Of a stretch of 64,000 nucleotides of DNA, positions 48,467 through 62,525 are shown one piece after another. The stretch's first letter is position 1. Every line of letters starts with the position of its first letter. The position numbers and the translations under genes are program-made. The notes beneath the pieces were generated by a model, which was given only the letters and a program-made list of their open reading frames with translations, was not told the origin of the DNA and ran no database searches. The stretch covers positions 111,540,001-111,604,000 of the forward strand of contig NC_086107.1 of NCBI RefSeq assembly GCF_963921235.1, given 5' to 3'. This DNA is from Mobula hypostoma. Taxonomy: Eukaryota.

Positions 48467-51400
48467 ACCCACTTTCCCAGCGATGCAAGAACGCTCTGTA
48501 AGGCCTTGCTGCCGCTGCCTGTGGACGCAGACGGGGAGTCGGGCCCTGACTTGGCCATTGTTTGCACAGATGAAGTTTGTGAGCTCAAGGAGAGATCTCT
48601 GAAACCTGTCGAAGCATCCCGTCACCAAACAAGGCTCAGTAGTCGCCCTTAAAGGAAGGTCCCGATGAGACTGCAATACCCAAACCGGCTGAAATCCCCT
48701 CTGTTTACAAGGACCCGTAGAGGAGGTCTTCAGCAAGGGAAAGGCCGCACTGACCCTATGACTGCACCATAGACCAGCTGCCCGGTACTTGTCCTCTGCA
48801 GGGTTGTTTGCACGCGCTCTTAGGCCCACAGAGAGACACCATGGAGGAATATATAAAGGAAGCTCTTGTCACGGGCTTCATTCAGCCCTCCAGCTTTCCC
48901 ACTAGCACAGGTTTTTTCTTCATACAGAAGAAAAATGGGAGCCTGCTTCTTTGCATCGATTACAGGGGATTAAACCACATAATGATCAAGAATCGCTACC
49001 CTTTTCCTCTTATTATCTTGGAGGTGTTCCTAAGGGGGAGGGGATTCACAAAATTAGACCTCCAGAGTGCCTACAATCTGGTCTGTATGAGGGAGGGCGG
49101 TGAGTGGAAGACAGCATTCAATACACTGACAGGGCACTATGAGTACCTGGTTATACCCATTGGCCTTTTGAATGCCTCAGCCATTTTCCAAGCCTTTATA
49201 AACGACGTGCTCCGGGATGCTCTCCATTAGTATGCCTTTGTTTACCTGGGTGATATCCTAATCTTCTCGAAGTCCACGGAGGAGCACATCGCTCATGTCA
49301 GAGAAATTCTAAAGAGGCTTCTAGCCCATGGGCTTTTCGTCAGGTTGGAGAAGTCCGAGTTTCATGTGACGACTGTTTCATTTTTGAGTTTCATTATCTC
49401 TCATGGTAATCTCGAGATGGACCTTACCAAGACCCAGGCAGTCAGAGACTGGCCACCACCATCCAGCATCAAACAGGTCCAACAATTCCTGGGGTTTGCT
49501 AAATTCTACCGGAAGTTTGTCAGGAACGTCAGCTTGGTGGCGGGTCTGCTGGTGGCCCTAAGAAATCCCTTTTGTCTGGACTGCTGAAGCAGAGGTTTCT
49601 TTTCCAGAGATTAAACAGCAGGTTACTGCAGCTCCCATCTTGGTTTCTCCTAACCCAGACCTTCCTTCCATTGTCAAAGTGGATGCCTCAGACATTGGAG
49701 TAGGTGCCGTCTTGTCTGAACAATCACCTTTGGACAGTAAACTGCACCCGTGTGCATTCTTCTCTGGGTGGCTATTCCCGGCAGCGAGGAACTATGACAT
49801 TGGGAATCAGGATTTTCTTGCAGTTAAATCAGCTTTGGAGGAATGGCATCTCTGGCTGGCGGGGGCCAAGAACCCTTTCACTGTTGGGACTGACCATAAG
49901 AACCTGGCCTATATTCAGGAGGCCAAGAGGCTGAATTCCAGGCAGGCCAGGTGGTCTTTGTTTTTTAACCGGTTTCATTTCATCCTGACCTATTGACCGA
50001 GGTCTGAGAACCAGAAGCCAGATGTTCTGTCCTGTCCATTTGACGAACCGGAATGTGAGGAGCAGCCTTCCATTGTTTTGTCCCAAGCCAGGATGGTAGT
50101 GCCAATTTGTTGGGGAATCAACACCCTTAATCACAAGGCCCAAGCACAAGGGGGGATTCCTGCGAACAGTCCTGTGGGTTGACTGTTTGTCCCTAGTCCC
50201 ATCCGGTCCCAGCTACTGCAATGGAGGCATTTGTCAAGAATGACCTCACACCCAGGGATTGCTGAGACCCTCGGGTTTATCAAGAGGATGTGCTAGTGGC
50301 CTGGAATGACAAGAGAAGTTTGGCAGTACAGGCAGGCAACGAGGCGTGTGCCCAGAACAAGGAGTCCCATATCTGACCTCAAGGGCCCCTCCATCCCCGA
50401 CTGGTTCCAAAAAGACCTTGGGCACACACCTTGATTTCTCGCCATTCTAAGGGGAAGTCAGTCATCATGGTGGCTTTTGATTAGTTTTCAAAAGCCTGCA
50501 AGTTCATTGCCTTGGAGAAGCTACCTTCTGTGCCAGAGGTGGCCCAGGTTGTCCTGGACCAGGCCTTCATGGTCCACAGATTCCCAGTGGGCGTTGTCTC
50601 TGGTCATGGTCCACAATTCTCATCACATTTCTGGAAGGCTTTCAGTAAGCTGACTGGGGCAACAGCAAGCTTTTCCATTGAGCTTCACACACTGTCCAAC
50701 AACAAGACAGAGCAGATCAACAAGATTTAGAGCGTACCTTGAATGCCTGATCTCAGAAAGACCAGATGAGTGGTGCGGCCATTTGATGTGGGCTGAGATC
50801 GCCCACAACACCTTGCAGCATTTGGTGCACGGGATGTCTCCGTTTGAGTGCCGAATCGGTTATCTTCCATGTCTCTTTTCAGAACAAGAACTTGAGGTGG
50901 GGGTCCCTGCTGCAGAAGATTTTGTCCAATGCTGCATGGAGAAATGGTTGAAGGTAAGAGAGATTTTGCTGGCCTCTACCTGGAGAGCAGAGACTAAGGC
51001 AAACTGAAGGAGAAGTCTGGGACTCGCATTGCAACCTGGGCAACAGGTCTGGCTGCCTTTTCATGATATACCTCTCCATGAAGAATCTAGAAAGTTGGTG
51101 CCCAATTTCATTGGTCCCTTTAAGATCCTGAGGAAATTAAACCTGGTGGCTTATACCTTGCAGTTCCCCAAGACTCTAAAGATCAACCCCACCTCCCGCA
51201 TCTCTAATTTAAAGCCTGACTTCAGCAGCACCTTAGCCCTGCCACCAGCAGCCCCACTACCACCCAGCTTTATCGATGGGAGCAGGTCTTCTTGGTGAAA
51301 AGACTCTTGGACTCGCATACTGATTGAGGTGTTCAGCAATACCTAGTGGACTGGGAGGAATTCGGACTGGAGAAAAGGTGCTGGGTGCCCAAAGTGACAT

Positions 51401-51478
51401 CTTAGATCCAACTCCCATCCATGATTACCATCACCACCTCTCCAAGCAACTAGGAGTCAGCCATAGGGGAGGGGGTCC

Positions 51479-52360
51479 TGTTACGAGACACTCCCGACCT
51501 TGTCAGCTTCTGAGATTTAAATGCTCTAACTTTCTGGAGTACAGATAGCTAGAGCAGCCTCTTTAAGGGCTTAGGACATTCCTGTTAATTGATAGAAACA
51601 TAGAAACATAGAAAATAGGTGCAGGAGTAGGCCATTCGGCCCTTCGAGCCTGCACTGCCATTCAGTATGATCATGGCTGATCATCCAACTCAGAACCCTG
51701 TACCTGCCTTCTCTCCATACCCCCTGATCCCTTTAGCCACAAGGGCCATATGTAACTCCCTTTTAAATATAGCCAATGAACTGGCCTCAATTGTTTCCTG
51801 TGGCAGAAAATTCCACAGATTCACCGCTCTCTGTGTGAAGAAGTTTTTCCTCATCTCAGTTCTAAAAGGCTTCCCCTTTATCCTCAAACTGTGACCCCTC
51901 GTTCTGGACTTCCCCAATATCGGGAACAATCTTCCTGCATCTAGCCTGTCCAATCCCTTTAGAATTTTACACGTTTCAATAAGATCCCCCCTCAATCTTC
52001 TAAATTCCAGAGAGTATAAGCCTAGTCGATCCAGTCTTTCATCATATGAAAGTCCTGCCATCCCAGGAATCAAGCTGGTGAACTTTCTTTGTTCTCCCTC
52101 TATGGCAAGAATGTCTTTCCTCAGATTAGGGGACCAAAACTGCACACAGTCATGATAATCATGTTTTGGGTGCCAAGGACTGAGTATTTAAGGAACACCT
52201 GAACATAGGTTCAGTGCTCAGTCATAAGGTTACCAGTGATTTTGTCTAGCATTTGCTTTATGCTCTGATTCTCGAACCCATTTGAGACCGTGTCTTAATC
52301 CCAGCCTCAGGTACTCCAGCATTAGGGTCGAAGACATCCTCATGAAGAACTCCCGTCACA
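51479..52360 (+). repeat. 3' LTR of the Gypsy element, split by a CR1 insertion
   Basis: Follows purine tract aggggaggggg; begins tgttacgag, ends cccgtcaca (7/9 inverted match); TATA-like tatttaa ~52185. Confidence 0.75.
51592..52150 (-). mobile_element. Young CR1 3' fragment inside the LTR
   Basis: (atagaaac)n tail; open ORF 51690-52145; very similar to 63750-64000. Confidence 0.92.
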
Positions 52361-55300
52361 CAAGTTTTCATTGTGCTTGTGAATGGTACAATGGTCCCAT
52401 TTACTATCAGAGAATGTATCCAGTATACAACCTGATATTCTTATTCTTCACAGACAACCAAAAAACAGAGGAAAGCACCAAAGAGTGAATAACAGAAAAA
52501 CGTTAGAACTCCACTGCACACCCCCCCACCACACTGTCACATACGCAGCAACAAAGCATCAGCCTCTCCCCCCTCCCTCCCCCCCCCATTTGTTCCAGCA
52601 GGAAGCATCAACTCCCATCACCCCCGCCGAGTAAGCAACAGCAAAGCCCCCAAAGAGCCCATGATCTGCACTCCAACAAAAATTACAGTCTCTAACCCAG
52701 CACTTTGACATGTCACAGGCTCTCTCTCTCTCTCTCTCTCTCTCTCCCCCCCGCCTCTCTCTCTCTCACTGTGACTCTGTTCTTCAGCGAACAGATCATA
52801 GAATACAAAACATGAAAATCTACAGCACATTACAGGCCCTTCGGCCCACAATGTTGTGCCAACCATTTAACCTGTTCTAGAAACTGCCTAGAATTTCCCT
52901 AGCACATAGCCCTCTATTTTTCTAAACTCCATGTACCTATCTAAGAGGCTGTTAAAAGACCCTGTTGTATCCGCTTCCACCACCGCCACCGGCAGTGCAT
53001 TCCACATACCCACCACTCTCTGTGTGAAAAACTTACCCCTGACGTCCCCTCGGTACCTATACCTATGCCCCCCCCCCCAAGTTAGCTATTGCAGAGCTGG
53101 GAAAAAGCCTCTGGCTATCCCCACAATTAATGCCTCTCATCATCTTATACACCTCTATCAGGCCACCTCTCATCCTCCATCGCTCCAAGGAGAAAGGGCC
53201 AAGTTCACTCAACCTATTCTCATAAGATACGCCCTCCGATCCAGGAGGACTTGACCTACCAAAATGAACCACTTCACACTTATCTGGGTTGAAGCCCAGC
53301 TGCCACTTCTCGGGCCAGTTCTGCATCCGATCGATGTCCCGCTGTAACCTCTGACAGCCCTCCACACTATCCACAACACCCCCAGCCTTGGTGTCATCAG
53401 TAAACTTACTAACCCACCCTTCTACTTCTTCGTCACTGTTTCAATGTTGCAATCTGAGACGATGCTTATTCGCCTGACTCAAGAACCAGCAGACTCTCTG
53501 CCCTCAACCCCCATTGAGAGACAGAGAGACAGAAAGAGAGAGAAAATGAGTGAGCCACCTCCCAAGTGCGGAGTCCTCTGACAGCCTCTGCACTCATGTG
53601 TGTGTGTACTTGTGCATATGACAATAAACTTGACTTTGACCACAACTCTTTAACCAGCCTCATCCTCCATATTAGCTTTCATCAGTCGTGTTGTCTATTC
53701 GAACGTGACTGTCCATACCTTTAAGCACCATTGGGCACATCTACAAGCTGTACTGCCTCAAAAGAGCAACATCCATCATCAAAGGTCATCACCCAGACCG
53801 TGCTCTCTTCTCACTGCCGCCATTGGCAAGAAGCCTCAGGACCCACACCACCAGGTTCGGGAGAAATTATTACCCTTCAGCCATCAAAGTTCAAATTACA
53901 CAGTACAGTTATTTTTGGAGGATGTATACTATATACAGCTCTGAGATTTGTGTCCTTGCAGGCAGCCACAAAACAAAGAAACTCAATAGAACCCATTAAA
54001 AAAAACTGTCAAATGCCAAATATGCAAACAAAAAACAAATTATCAGACAATAAGCCGTAAGAGAATAACATTCAGAACTAAAGTTCACACAAGTGAGTTC
54101 ACGGCCGCGAAGCCAGTCTCAACCAATCCGGAGCCCATTAATTGCAGGCCACAGGCTCAGTTCAGCGCCGAGATGGGTAAGCCTCCCAAACACTCACCTG
54201 TCCCTTGCCTCCGGCCCCACCAGACTGACTTTCTCAATCTGGCCTGGCATTTAAATTGGCTAAACCTCGGCTTGTTCCCCACGCTTGGACCCGGGCCCCA
54301 CTGCTTTGATACGCTCTCGAGAGGCCCCCACCACCTTGGCTCACCTCACCTCCGATCCGTCAATTCAAATTGGCTCCAAGTCCACTCCAGCAGTGACCAT
54401 ACATCTGCTCGTTCCTCGCTTTCGGGCCCAGATCCCATCGCCTCAATTCGGCCCGTACACACCACGCTGCAATTGTCCAGCACCTTCGAGACTTACTGCA
54501 AAAATGCCAGGTTGTACAGGTGGGAACTGAAAGGGAAGTTACAGGCTCTTGACTACGGAGATTGTTTTCCAGAAAAAGTGTGATTAATAAAGTAGTAGTT
54601 TTGTTTGCTGCCAGTAAGTTGTCACTGTATTTCACCAGTGCCATCAGGCTCCTGAACCGGCGTGGATAGCTTCATTCACCTCAACACTGAACCGATTCCA
54701 CAACCATGGACCCACTTTCAAGGATTCTACAACTCATGTTCTCAATATTATTTATTTACATTTTTATTTATTGTATTTTTTGTACTTGCATGGATTGCCT
54801 TATTTTGCATATTGGTTGTTTTCAAGTCTTTGCTTGCGTGTAGTATTTCATTGGTTCTATTGTATTTCTTTGTCTTGCTGTGAATGCCTGTGAGAAAATT
54901 AATCTCCAGGTCATATATGGCGACATATTCATACTTTGATAATAAATTTACATTGAACTTTAGGATATGTGTGTACTGGACATGTCACTCAATATATTGT
55001 TATAGCAGCACTGCTGTTAGAGTTCATTATCTTCAATAAACTCTATCCTTATTACTTGATTTACTGAACATGACTCATTAAAAATCCCTCCACCCACAAC
55101 CACAACCTCATTCAACCTGTCATCTGAGAGATGAGACACATGGCAACATCTTTTGTCCATGCACTGCTGCAGTATATTAACGTCTGAGTGAGGAACCGCA
55201 AGGCTATCTGTGTCACCCACGGCCTAACCGGTCTAGATGACTGCCTGGCTGGTCTCTGCATCACCTACGCAATCATCTCTTACATCTTGGCCCCAAAACA

Positions 55301-55912
55301 CCAGCGTACAGAAAAGAGGTTGGAAGTAGTTAGAGAAGAATCTCTTAATGGCACCACAAAGAAGTTCTCCATAGCCTACTGTTGGATCTCTGTTTAATTT
55401 CTGATCCAGAGTTCATCCAGGAGTCAAGAATGAACGAATGACACCTGGCTGCTGAGCTCCATGCCTGCTAGATAGATAGATAGATAGATAGATATACTTT
55501 ATTAATCCCGAGGGAAATTTGGTTTTGTTACAGCCGCACCAACCAAGAATAGAGCGTAAATATTGCAATACAAAAAACCCCAACAATCAAACAACAAAGT
55601 GCAAAACTATGCCAGACGGAAAATAAGTCCAGGACCAGCCTATTGGCTCAGGGTGACCCTAATATGACAAATTGATAAGTGAGGCTTTGGGCCTACTCTG
55701 GGCTGCCCTGAGGTTCAGATCTAAAGACTGAATTTTGGTTCGGAATGCTGTTGTTCACTTCAGTTGTTTGCATGATTTGTATTTTTTTGCTCTCGTGCAT
55801 CAAATGTTGTTTTTTAATTTTAATTTATTCTTTTTTTTCTTTAATTGGGTTCATTTGGGTTTCTTGCTTTGTGGCTACCTGCGAGCAAGCAAATCTCAAG
55901 GTGGTAAAATTT

Positions 55913-56155
55913 ATCATCATCACCATCAGGTGCCATGCCCAGCTTGAGCTTTGACTGCCATGGCCCACACACTCCTGTTTCAGGTCAAGTGGATCAATTC
56001 ATTGGTATTCATTTCCAGTTCTCTGGCTGCTGTCTCCATCATCATAAGTGTTTGTCTTCCTCTTGCTTTCTTCCTTTCAATCTTTTCCATAATTACCATG
56101 CATTCTAACTCCTCTTTCCTAATCACATGTCCAATGAAGACACATTGCCTTTTAT
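55913..56155 (-). mobile_element. RTE-clade LINE 3' end
   Basis: Minus strand reads FIGHVIRKEELECMVIMEKIERKKARGRQ...W, followed by a (tga)n tail. Confidence 0.75.
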
Positions 56156-58380
56156 GTTTACGTATAAATTTATATTATATAATTTATATTATATAACTTT
56201 ATAATTTATATAAAGTTGCATTTATGTATAAATGTATAATTTATACATTCTTTGATAATAAATGAACTTGATTCGTGAATGCAGTCTTAATTCTAAGATT
56301 TCAATTCATTTTAGAGTACAAACAAACATACGGATCGTAAGAAAACTAAATAAAGAGCTGAGAAACAATGCTAAGAGGTGTAAGACAAAAGATTAAAGAG
56401 AAGAAACCAAAATGGCACCTCTGAAAAATCTATCACTTTTATAGATAAGATATTCCTTACATTAAGAATGAATTTGTTAATAGGCTACATAATTAAAACA
56501 ATTACATCATGTGGGTAATGTGCTAACACTTAGCCAATGAAAAATGAGAAAGGTGACAAACTGTCAGTTTAATTGTTATACCGCTTTCTGCCAGTGAGTG
56601 TGGAAAGCATATGAGTTTGTTAAGAAGTACAAATCTTATTAAAATGATAAATCTTATTGAATGATAAAGGTGTGGGAGGTATAGGGTGTCCGCAGCAGTC
56701 TATGCAAGGGGATGTACCAGAAAAGCTCACAGGAGACACAATCTTTACAAAACAAGACAAGACTGACTATAATAGTGAGAGAGGGGTCACATGCCTGACT
56801 GCTTAATTCCTTAAAATTGCCACGTAAGTTGATAGCCTCCGAGAGGAACACAACCTTGTTGTACAGTTTAGTGGCTTGTGTGCCTCAGTCACCCTGGCTG
56901 GAGTCAGGGTGACTCTTAGTGGGGTCACCCATGCCAAACAGGTCAAAGGGTAGAGGCCAGACTAAGAGTGGTCTACCATCCTCCAGTTTCAGACGTTCAA
57001 TTCAGGGCTAACAACCCTGACTGGTCAAACAAAACTGTTAAGGAAACAGTGATGAAGAATCCTTTTATATCTGTGTACAACAGTATGGTCAAGGATAGAC
57101 GAAGATGGAGACCAGCAGTGTAATGAGCAGTAAGGAAGCAGGTTGATAAGGTGAAGAAGACTCGTGGAGTATTGGCCTTCATTAGTTGGGGAACTGAGTT
57201 CAAGAGCTGAGAGCTAATGTTGCAGCTCTATAAAACTCTAGTCAGACTATATTTGGAGTCTCTTGAAGGTCCCTAATGGATTTGTCTCTACCACTGCCCC
57301 TTCTGGTCTCTTTGTAAAGAAACTTCTGACATCACCCCCATTATGCTTCCCTGTAATCACCATTAAATTATGCCCTCATGTATTAACCATTACCACCCTG
57401 GGAAAAGGTAGCTGGCTAGTCACTCTAGTTATGCCTCTTACCATCTATGAAGTCATCCCTCAACCTCCTTGCAAGAGTCTGAAAGTATGGAAAGAAACTC
57501 CACTAAATCAAAGGCAGAGTACAAAGTTCTTAGCAGTGTGGAGGAACAGAGAGATCTTGGCGTCCACATCCACAGATCCCTCACAGTTGCCATGCAAGTT
57601 GAGAAGGTGTATGGTGTGCCAGCCTTCGTTAGTTGGGGGATTGAGTTCAAGAGCCAAGAGGTAACGTTGCAGCCCCATAAAACTCTGGTTAGACCACACT
57701 TGGAGTATTGTGTCCAGTTCTGGTCACCTCATTATGGGAAGGATGTGGAACCTTCAGAGAGGGTGCAGAGATTTACCAGGATGCTGCCTGCATTGGAGAG
57801 CGTGTCTTATGAGGATAGATTGAGCGAGCTAGGGTTTTTCAATCTGGTGCGAAGGAAGATGAGAGGTGACTTGATAGAAGTGTATAAAAATTATAAGAGG
57901 CATAAAAGACTGAACAGCCAGAGACTTTTTCCTGGGGTGAAAATGGCAAATACAAGGGGGCATAATATAGGGGTCCTGGGTAATGGGGGTCCTTAAAACC
58001 CTTTTGGTGGTGTCCTCAATGTTGGGGTGGCTAGTGCCCATGATGGAGCTGGCTGAGATAACAGCTTTCTGTACTGCTTTCCAATACTGTGCGGTGGCCA
58101 CTCCGTACCAGATGGCGATGCAACCAGTTAGGATGCTCTCCACGGTACATCTGTAGAAATTTGCTTTGGCAACCTGCCAACTCTCCTCAAACACCTAGTG
58201 GAATATAGCCGTTGTTGTGCCTTCTTTGCAACTGCAGATAGATCTTCAGAGATGTTGACACCCAGGAAGTTGAAAATGCGCACACCTCCCTCACAGTTGA
58301 TGCAGCTGGGAATATTTGGAGGGCAATATCTAAGTCTGTTGGGCAGCATGGTAGTGTAGCGGTTATCATAATCAGTGGTC

Positions 58381-58783
58381 GCCGGAGCACTCTGGAACAC
58401 GTCCGGGACCTCTTTAAGAAAAAAGCCGAAATAAACAAGTTAATGAATTAGGTGCCCCAGGGTGATTTGAGTACCTCAGAAACTGCTGATCTCCTGGGAT
58501 TTTTACGCACAACAGACTCTGGAGTTTACAAAGCATGGTGCCAAAAACAAACAAAAAAAAAACCCAGCGAGTGGATTTAACACGATGTTTTCACTCACAG
58601 AACAGCCACTCGCTGGATTTTTTTTGTTTTTGGCACCATTCTTTGTAAACTCCAGAGTCTGTTGTGCATAAAAATCCCAGAAGATCAGCAGTTTCAATCA
58701 CCCTGGGTGGCACCTAATCAATTAGCTCATTTATTTCGGTTTTTTCTTAAAGAGGTGCCAGACGCGTTCCAGCGTGCTCCGGC
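58381..58783. repeat. Composite foldback (arms 58381-58574 and 58606-58783)
   Basis: Arms are reverse complements; the inner ~110 bp is Tc1 transposase-derived sequence homologous to ~20230-20320. Confidence 0.92.
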
Positions 58784-58879
58784 TACAACACTTTCATAAC
58801 ACCTTCCAGCATCAGTGGAGGATCAGGTTTCGATGCCCTCTGCCATCTGTTCTCTCCATGTCTATATGGGCATTTCAAA

Positions 58880-60452
58880 AACGTGCAGATTATGGTTCTG
58901 CCCCCTACGGTTCTGAAAGAGGTAGTGTTAGAGATTGTGGTGGCATTAGAAATGACGTTTCAAAAAAAATCATTGCACTCTGGCATGGTGCCAGAGGAGT
59001 GGAAAATTGCAAATGTCACTCCACTCTTTAAGAAAGGAGGAAGGCAGCAGAAAGGAAACTGTAGACCAGTTAGTCTGACCTCAGTGGTTGGGAAGATGTT
59101 AGAGTCAATTGTTAAGGATGGAGTGATGGAGTACTTGGTGACACAGGACAAGGTAGTATGAAGTCAGCATGGTTTCCTTAAGGGAAAATCCTGCCTGATG
59201 AACCTGTTGGAATTTTTTGAGGAGATTACAAGTAGGATAGATAAAGGGGAGGTTGTATATTTGGACTTTCAGAAGGCCTTTGACAAGGTGCCACACATGA
59301 GGCTGTTTACCAAATTAAGAACTCATGGTGTTTCACAGGAAAGTTACTAACATGGTTAGAGCACTGGCTGATTGGTAGGAGGCAGCGAGTGGGAATAAAA
59401 GGATCCTTTTCTGGTTGGCTACCAGTGACTAGTGGTGTTCCACAGGAATCAGTCTTGGGACCACTTCTTTTTATGCTGTATATAAATTATTTAGATAATG
59501 GAATAGACGGCTTTGTTGTCAAGTTTGCAGATGATACAAAGATTGGTGGCGGGGCAGGTACTGTTGAGGAAACAGATAGGATGCAGAAGGATTTAGACAG
59601 ATTAGGAGAATGGGCAAGAAAGTGGCAAATGAAATACAATATTGGGAAATGCATGGTCATGCACTTTGGAAGTATAAATAAGTGTGCTGACTATTTTCTA
59701 AACGGGGAGAAAATCCTAAAATCTGAGATGCAGAGGGGCTTGGGAGTCTTTGAGCAGAACACCCTAAAGGTTAACTTGCAGGTTGAATCAGTGGTGAGGA
59801 AGGCAAATGCCATGTTAGCATTCATTTCAAGAGGTCTAGAATACAAGAGCAAGGATGTGATGCTGAGGCTTTATAAGGCTCTAGTGAGGCCTCACCTTGA
59901 GTATTTTGAACAGTTTTGGGCCCTTCATCTTAGAAAAGATGTGCTGGCATTGGAGAGGGTCCAGAGGAGGTTCACAAGGATGATTCCAGGAATGAAAGGA
60001 TTATCATACGAGAAATGTTTGATGGCTCTGGGTCTGTACTCACTGGAATTCAGAGGGATGAGGGTGGATCTCATTGAATGTTGAAAGGCCTAGACAGAGT
60101 AGATGTGGGAAGAATGTTTCCCATGGTGGGAGAGTCTAGGACAAACGGGCACAACCTCAGGATAGAGGGGCACCCTTTCAAAACAGAGATGCAAAGAAAT
60201 TCCTATAGCCAAAGGGTGGTGAATTTGTGGAATTTGTTGCCACATGCATCTGTGGAGGCCAGGTCGTTGGGTGTATTTAAGGAAGAGATGGATAGGTTCT
60301 TGATTGGAAATGGAATCAAAGGTTACAGGGAGAAGGCTGGGAACTGGGGTTGAGGAAAAGAGAGAAAAAAAGCATCAGCCATGATTGAATGGTGGAGCAG
60401 ACTCGATGGGCCAGATGGCCTGATTCTGCTGCTATGTTTTATGGTCTTATGG
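58880..60452 (+). mobile_element. CR1 LINE 3' 1.6 kb (RT pseudogene)
   Basis: ORFs 58883-59161, 59389-60084, 60078-60353 with CR1 RT motifs; tail tatggtcttatgg. Confidence 0.95.
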
Positions 60453-60910
60453 GTTAGTGAATTGTGGGTGTGCTATGTTGGAGCTAGAAGCATGGCGACT
60501 CTTCCGGGCTGCCTCAGCACACCTTGGGATGTGTTGGTCATTACCACAAAGCAAACACATCCCATTGTTTATTTTGACACACGTGTGACAAATAAAGCCA
60601 ATCTTTCATCTTTAAACCATTGTCAGTTGCACATGAGATGCTGTGCCATTCTCTCAACATCTGCAAGCCAACTACCCTTTTCCACAAGCACAGGAAATTC
60701 TACAGATGCTGGAAATATCGACGGTTTATTCCTCTCCATAGATGCTGCCTGGCCTGCTGAGTTGCTCCAGCATGCTGTGTGTGTCCTTTACCAGACAGAC
60801 CCAGCCTCGGAAAATCCAGGTTCATAATGTAGCAAAGTCCCAAAAAAGTGACCCATTTCTGCTTTCTCTAGTTTCTCCTCTCAGGAAAGGCGGGCAACCA
60901 TAATGGTACA

Positions 60911-60960
<50 letters not shown>

Positions 60961-62100
60961 TTATTTATTTATTGAGATACAATGTAGAATAAGTCCTTCT
61001 GTCCCTTCGAGCCACGCCACTCAGGAATCCCTGATTTAATCCTAGCCTAATCACAGGACAATGTACCAATTAATCTACCAACTGGTACATCTTTGGACTG
61101 TGGGAGGAAACTGGAGCCCCCGGAGGAAACCTAAGCAGTCACGGGGAGAATGTACAAGCTTCTTACAGGCAGAGGCAGAATATCTATACAGTGTATTTAA
61201 GTTAAAAAACTAATGCAAAAAGAGAGGGGAAAAATACTGAGTTCATAGGTTCACTGTCCATAATTTTTATTGTGTTTTATTTTTATGCCACATCATATCC
61301 AGAGTAACAACCATTTTTTTTTCATTTCATTCTCCTTAACACTTATGCACTGTTGAATGACAATAAGCAATCTCAAATCTTGAAGCTTGAATCTTTTCCT
61401 CAAAAATCATGGGTTCATTGTCCATTCAGAAATCTGATGGCAGAGGGGAAGAAGCTGTTCCTGAACTGTAGGGTGCGAGTCTTCAGGCTCTTGTGTCTTG
61501 TCCTTAATGCTAACAATGAGAATAGGGCACGTCATAATTTTCTTACTGTAATTTATAGTTTTTTATCATTATGATTTACAATGTACTGGTGCCACAAAAC
61601 AACAAATTTTACAACACACACCGGTGATATTAAACCTGATTCTGAAAGTCGTTATGCCTTCAGGAAGCCAGCACAGACTTAGTTTATTGTGGGAAAGGTA
61701 ATTTGAAGATCAGGAGATCACACCAGAATTTGTACTTCCTTAGGAGTCTGCAAGGATTTGGCATTACATCAAAAAATTTGACAACCTGTTAAAGATATGT
61801 AGTAGAGATTGTATTGACTAGTTGTATCACAGCCCGGTATGGAAACACCAATGCCTTCGAACAGAAAATCCTACAAAAGGTAGTGGATTTGGCCCAGTAC
61901 ATCATGGATTAAACCCTCCCAACTATTGAGCACATCGAAGTGAAATGCTGCCATGGGAAAGCAGCATCCATCCTCAGAGATCCTCATCACCCAAGCCACG
62001 CTCTCTTTTCACTGCTGCAATCACATAGAAGGTACAAGAGCCTCAGGACTCGCGCCACCAAGTTCAAGAACGGTTACTACCCGTCCAACCATCAAGCTCT

Positions 62101-62525
62101 TGTCACAACCATGGTTTCGGCAGCTCAAGAGATGCGGCAATTGCTCTTGTGAATTTGCACGTGTCAGCTAATTATTATTTAATTGCGGTAGTATTTAACT
62201 CCATACTTGTCGTCGTAGTACTTGTCGAGACTTGGACAGCGCATAGCAACGCTTTGCTGCTGTTTTGCTTTCGGCCTTCCCTAAGATGTTGGACTTTCAA
62301 GCCCACTGACACTGAAGACTAGTGATATTCGTTTAATGTCTAGCTGTTTTTTTCAGCCGCAGTGTAGGCTTCGTGTTCCTTTTGAGAGTTTTAGTTAACG
62401 GCCTTGTTTGGCCTAGTGTTTATTCTTTATTTTCCCTTTAACACTGTTCTTATTAAAGTCCGAACCATCGACCTGCTTCAGTGTCTCTCACTCCGCACTT
62501 GGACCATTTCTGAACCTGGTAAACA
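62101..62525. mobile_element. Solo LTR (425 bp) inserted in a Rex1 tail
   Basis: TG...CA ends; perfect 5-bp TSD gctct (62096-62100, 62526-62530); attaaa signal ~62452; removing it restores accatcaagctcttgaac. Confidence 0.85.

Larger units (their letters stand above)
46630..52360 (+). mobile_element. Ty3/Gypsy chromovirus (sushi-like) LTR retrotransposon, 5'-truncated and decayed
   Basis: Order gag (AIEF*TLAQESGWN; CFYCGVAGHLRAEC zinc knuckle) - protease remnant - RT (CIDYRGLN, FTKLDLQSAY, EWKTAF, YLGD) - RNase H ([23 protein letters not shown]) - integrase (GPQFSS.FW, GMSPFE, FIGPFKI) - chromodomain (QYLVDWEEFG) - purine tract - LTR. Confidence 0.95.
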
